Positions 60,213-64,000 of a stretch of DNA of 64,000 nucleotides are shown here, piece after piece. A program made the position numbers and the translations under genes. The DNA comes from Alphaproteobacteria bacterium (GTDB lineage: Bacteria; Pseudomonadota; Alphaproteobacteria; UBA828). The stretch is taken from assembly GCA_963667785.2 (NCBI GenBank), contig CAXXMU010000002.1, positions 608,001 to 672,000 of the forward strand. Reading direction: 5' to 3'. Under the pieces are notes generated by a model, which was given only the letters and a program-made list of their open reading frames with translations, had not been told where the DNA came from and searched no databases. Position 1 is the stretch's first letter, and each line of letters opens with the position of its first letter.

Positions 60213-60572
60213 TCAGGCGACCGTCTCGCCGCCGGGCGGGCCGTAGAACACCACCCAGACGTAGAGGTCGTCGCTGAAGTCCTCGAAGCGGTGCTCGGCC
60301 CCGGCGGGGACGAACAGCACGTCGCCGGGTTGGAAGGGATGGCGCGCCGGGCCGTTGCGGAAGGTTCCGCGGCCGCTCATCACCACGTAGACCTCGTCCT
60401 GGTCGTGGGGCTGCTGCGTGTCCTCCCCGCGCGGCGCGTAGAGGCCGACACGGAGGGTCCCGCGGGTCATCAGCTCGGCCCAGGGCCTGCTGCCCGGCGG
60501 CCCCTCCGCCAGCGCGGCGACGGCGCGGGCCAGCGTGACGTGGCCGGGCGCCTCCGTCGGCGTGTCGCTCAT
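60213..60572 (-). CDS. Cupin domain protein
   Basis: QQPHDQDEVY.V..G.G, GD..FVPAG.EHRF, FYGP.GGE. Confidence 0.88.
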   Translation of the reverse strand: MSDTPTEAPGHVTLARAVAALAEGPPGSRPWAELMTRGTLRVGLYAPRGEDTQQPHDQDEVYVVMSGRGTFRNGPARHPFQPGDVLFVPAGAEHRFEDFSDDLYVWVVFYGPPGGETVA

Positions 60573-60614
60573 GCGCTCCTTCCTCTCCCGCGGCGGCAGA
60601 GCCGCGCCGGCCGC

Positions 60615-61022
60615 TCAGCCGGCGTCGTCCCAGACCCAGGCGATCTGCTCGGTGTCCTCGTACGCCTGCCAGTGGACGATGGCGCCGCCGACGATGCGGA
60701 AGTACCAGGCGGTCTCCTGATGCAGCAGCCGGCCGGTGTTCTTGGCGGCCGAGGTCTCGTCGATGAGCACCATGACGTGCTCGCCCTCGCCGAACATCAG
60801 CGTCACCGTATGGTCGCGGATGTCGAGCAGCGCGCCGATGGCGCTGAAGCACTGCTTGATCGGCTCCCGCCCCTGCCAGCGCCCGGCCCAGGCGACCCTG
60901 AACGAGCCGGGCAGGACCACGACAGCGTCCTCCGCCAGCAGGCTCATCATCGTCTGGCCGTCGCCGCCCTTGATCGCCGTCAGGAACTGCTGAACGACGC
61001 CCTTGGCTCCGTCGTCTGCCAT
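60615..61022 (-). CDS. SnoaL/NTF2-like protein
   Basis: V..F..A...GD, LAED, G...GR..I, YEDT; start at MADDGAK. Confidence 0.78.
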   Translation of the reverse strand: MADDGAKGVVQQFLTAIKGGDGQTMMSLLAEDAVVVLPGSFRVAWAGRWQGREPIKQCFSAIGALLDIRDHTVTLMFGEGEHVMVLIDETSAAKNTGRLLHQETAWYFRIVGGAIVHWQAYEDTEQIAWVWDDAG

Positions 61023-61162
61023 GGTCCTTGCCTCCCTGCCGTGGATGTTCCCCGGCGCTGGCTCGCGACTGCCCGTCGCCGCCTGCCGCCCATATTGCAC
61101 CCGCGCCCGAGTGCTGTATACAGGGCCGGCCGCCACGGCCAGCTCACCGGAGAGGCCCGCGC

Positions 61163-61372
61163 ATGGCCCGCATGGCCAGCATCACCCCCGATCTCATCGT
61201 CGCCCAGGCGACGGCAGCGGGCCGTACCCCGCCGGGCGCAGACCGCGCGGCGGCGCTCGCCGAGGCGGTGGGACTGCTGGTGCGGGCGGCCGACGAGGCG
61301 GCGGCGGAGCTGCGCTTCGAGGCCGAGCCCGCGCAGGTGCTCACGGCCATGGACGAGACGGCCTCGGGCTGA
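61163..61372 (+). CDS. Small putative amidase partner protein (AtzG/GatC-like)
   Basis: About 69 aa, helical, C-terminal FEAEPA; TGA-G-ATG coupled to the amidase. Confidence 0.55.
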   Translation: MARMASITPDLIVAQATAAGRTPPGADRAAALAEAVGLLVRAADEAAAELRFEAEPAQVLTAMDETASG

Positions 61373-61373
61373 G

Positions 61374-62786
61374 ATGACGGGCGACATTCACCGCCTGAGC
61401 CTGGTCGAGCTCGCGGACGCCATCGCCCGGCGCGAGCTCTCCGCCACGGAGGTGATGGAAGCCACCGTGGCCCGCGCCGAGCGGCTGCAGCCGGAACTCA
61501 ACTGCTTCATCTCCCTGCAGCCGGAAGCGGCGTTAGACAGCGCGAAGGCGGCCGACGCGGCGCTCGCCAGGGGCGACGCGCCGGGGCCGCTCCACGGCGT
61601 GCCGCTCGCCCACAAGGACATGTTCTACCGCGCGGGGCACGTCACCACCTGCGGCTCGCGTATCCGCCGGGACTTCGTGCCGGACCACGACAGCACCGCG
61701 CTCTCCCGCCTCCACGGCGCCGGCGCCATCTATCTCGGTGGGCTCAACATGGCGGAGTTCGCCACCGGCCCCACCGGCCACAACGAGCACTGGGGCGACT
61801 GCCGCAACCCGTGGAACCGGGCGCACATCTCCGGCGGCTCGTCGAGCGGCTCCGGCGCCTCGGTCGCAGGCCGCGTGGTCTTCGGCGCGCTCGGCTCCGA
61901 TACCGGCGGCTCGGTGCGCCTGCCGTCCGCCTGCAACGGCGTGGTCGGGCTCAAGCCGACCATGGGGCTGGTCAGCCGCCGCGGGATCATGCCGCTCTCC
62001 CACACGCTCGACACGGTGGGACCGCTCGCCCGCACCGTGCGCGATGCTGCCCGGCTCACCGGCACGATCGCGGGCTTTGACCCGCTCGAACCGACCTCCA
62101 GCCGGCGCCCCGTGCCCGACTACGAGGCGGCGCTGGCGGCGGGCGCAGACGGCCTCACCGTCGGCGTGCCGACCGGCTACTTCTACGACATCGCCACCGA
62201 CGAGGTACGGGCGGCGATGGAGCATAGCCTCGACGTGCTCCGCTCTCTCGGCGCCCGGGTGGTCGAGGTGGCGGTGCCCGACATCGAGCGCATCAACCAC
62301 CTCTCCAACGTCGTCCTCTCCAGCGAAGCGGCGGCGATCCACGAGGCCTGGATCGCCGGCCGGCCCGACGACTACCAGGAGCAGGTGCGGAACCGCTACG
62401 AGCCGGGCCTGCACGTGCCGGCGGTGAAGTACATCCAGGCGCTGGCCGCCCGCGCCGGCTTGCTGCGGGAGTTCGTGGACACCGCGCTCGCGGGCGCCGA
62501 TGTCCTGCACACGCCGGCCATCCCCTTCCCCATCCCGACCCGGGAGGAGACCAATGTCGGCGGCGGCGAGCGCATGGCGGAGATGGTCGCCGGGCTGAGC
62601 TGGTGCACCCGCGCCGCCAACTACCTGGGCGTGCCGGCCCTGGTCGTGCCCTGCGGCTTCACCGCGAGCGGCCTGCCCAGCGCCTTCCAGCTCATGGGCC
62701 GCCCGTTCTCCGAGGCGACGCTCTTCCGCCTCGGCCATGCCTACCAGTCCGCCACCGACTGGCACACGCGCGCGCCCGACCTATAA
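61374..62786 (+). CDS. Amidase-signature family enzyme
   Basis: GPLHGVPLAHKD, GGSSSGSGA, GSDTGGSVR.PS (Ser-cisSer-Lys triad). Confidence 0.92.
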   Translation: MTGDIHRLSLVELADAIARRELSATEVMEATVARAERLQPELNCFISLQPEAALDSAKAADAALARGDAPGPLHGVPLAHKDMFYRAGHVTTCGSRIRRDFVPDHDSTALSRLHGAGAIYLGGLNMAEFATGPTGHNEHWGDCRNPWNRAHISGGSSSGSGASVAGRVVFGALGSDTGGSVRLPSACNGVVGLKPTMGLVSRRGIMPLSHTLDTVGPLARTVRDAARLTGTIAGFDPLEPTSSRRPVPDYEAALAAGADGLTVGVPTGYFYDIATDEVRAAMEHSLDVLRSLGARVVEVAVPDIERINHLSNVVLSSEAAAIHEAWIAGRPDDYQEQVRNRYEPGLHVPAVKYIQALAARAGLLREFVDTALAGADVLHTPAIPFPIPTREETNVGGGERMAEMVAGLSWCTRAANYLGVPALVVPCGFTASGLPSAFQLMGRPFSEATLFRLGHAYQSATDWHTRAPDL

Positions 62787-62858
62787 TCCCGCGATCCCGC
62801 CCGAGCCCTGTCGGGCGGGCACCCCGTTACCCCTGGAACGCGGAGGAGGACGCGAGAG

Positions 62859-63251
62859 ATGCCGACGACGGCGCACGGCACATTCTTCTGGAACGAGCTG
62901 AACACCTGGGACGTGGACAAGGCCAAGGCGTTCTACGGCGAGACCCTGGGCTGGCACTACGAATCGCACCCGATGGCGGACGGCGGCACCTACACGCTCT
63001 GCAAGACGGGCGAGGCGATGGCCGCCGGCATCTTCGAGATGAAGCCGGGGGCCAGCTTCGACGGCCTTCCCGACCACTGGTTCGCCTACATCGGCGTGGA
63101 CGACGTCGATGCCCGGATCGCCGGCGTCGAGGCGGCGGGCGGCACCATCTGCCGGCCGGCCTTCGACATACCCGGCGTGGGCCGCTTCGCCATCGTCAGG
63201 GACTCGGGCGGTGCCACCGTCGGCTGGGTCACGCCCGCCGTGGAGGACTGA
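62859..63251 (+). CDS. VOC/glyoxalase family protein
   Basis: W.EL.T.D...AK.FY...LGW, W..Y..VDDVD, P.DIPGVGRFA...D..G. Confidence 0.9.
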   Translation: MPTTAHGTFFWNELNTWDVDKAKAFYGETLGWHYESHPMADGGTYTLCKTGEAMAAGIFEMKPGASFDGLPDHWFAYIGVDDVDARIAGVEAAGGTICRPAFDIPGVGRFAIVRDSGGATVGWVTPAVED

Positions 63252-63252
63252 G

Positions 63253-64000
63253 ACGCCGGGGGACCGCGCGATCTACGACGCCATCGTCGTCGGCGCCCGC
63301 TGCGCCGGCGCGCCCGCGGCCATGCTGCTGGCCCGCAAGAGCCATCGCGTGCTGCTGCTCGACCGCGACCGCTTCCCCAGCGACATGGGGCAGTCGACCC
63401 ACCTGATCCACCCCTTGGGCGTCGCCCATCTCCGCGCCTGGGGCGTACTGTCGCAGATCGCCGCGCGCGCCGCCCCCTTCACCGACTGGCGCGTCGACCT
63501 GCACGGCACGGTGCTGGAGGGCGCGCCGCCGGCGGTAGACGGCCACGACATCTCGCACGGGCCCAGGCGCCGCCTGCTCGACGGCGTGCTTGCCGAGGCG
63601 GCCGTCGCGGCCGGCGTCGAGTTCCGCGACGGCGTGCGGGTCGTCGACCTGGCCCTGGAGGGCGGCCGCGTCGCCGGCGTCGTGACCGCTGGCCCGGACG
63701 GCGCGCGGCAGGTCGAGCGCGCGCGCCTCGTCATCGGCGCGGACGGGCCGGGCTCGGTCGTCGCCCGCGCGGCCGGCGCCAAGGAATCCCTCGTAGAACC
63801 GGTCGTCCAGAGCAACATCTGGAGCTACTGGGCGGGCATCGCGCTCGATCACGTGCGCCTTTATATCCGCGAGCGCAAGGGCGCCTTCGCCTTCCCCGCG
63901 AGCGACGGCACCGTGCTGGTCGCCGCCAACCTGATGCACGACGAGTTCGTGCGCGCGAGGCACGACCGCGAGGCGGCGTTCCACGCGAGGGTCGCAGACG
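63253..64000 (+). CDS. NAD(P)/FAD-dependent oxidoreductase (geranylgeranyl reductase/halogenase-like), truncated by the window end; no canonical start visible
   Basis: Open frame YDAIVVGARCAG..AMLLAR..HRVLLLDR..FPSD, VIGADG..S; absent from the ORF track because no stop falls inside the window. Confidence 0.8.

Noticed and set aside
61374-62786. gatA call for the amidase
   Set aside because: No gatB nearby and GatA-specific sequence features are not evident; kept as a generic amidase

Overview
Very GC-rich bacterial chromosomal segment, most likely from an alphaproteobacterium. This is inferred from the separate F0 operon atpI-B-E-F'-F, the mutY/DUF721-dsbA-smc block and the ntrY-ntrX-trkA-dat-HAD-hfq-hflX block. 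It is densely coding (about 60 genes). Housekeeping genes (guaA, mutY, smc, atp F0, glnS, hfq, hflX, ntrYX, trkA, tRNA-Arg(CCT)) alternate with catabolic genes of unknown substrate (ABC importer with FAD oxidoreductase, CoA-transferase and enoyl-CoA hydratase; hydantoinase/oxoprolinase A+B; TcuA-like with PrpF; lone Mo-hydroxylase large subunit; OCD-like; enolase superfamily; TauD; amidase; several F420/flavin-type enzymes). I saw no integrase, transposase, prophage or CRISPR array. Most notable oddities: (1) a ~150-bp CTAG-bounded, five-hairpin dispersed element in two copies with compensatory base changes; (2) an orphan beta-class DNA methyltransferase inserted in the DUF721-dsbA-smc locus; (3) an ATP synthase b subunit with an apparently duplicated membrane anchor; (4) a REP-like family seen in intact, collapsed and nested forms; (5) a probably leaderless higBA module; (6) a gene that appears to start at ACG; (7) GlnRS in an alphaproteobacterium. 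All product calls come from motif recognition by eye; no database search was run.
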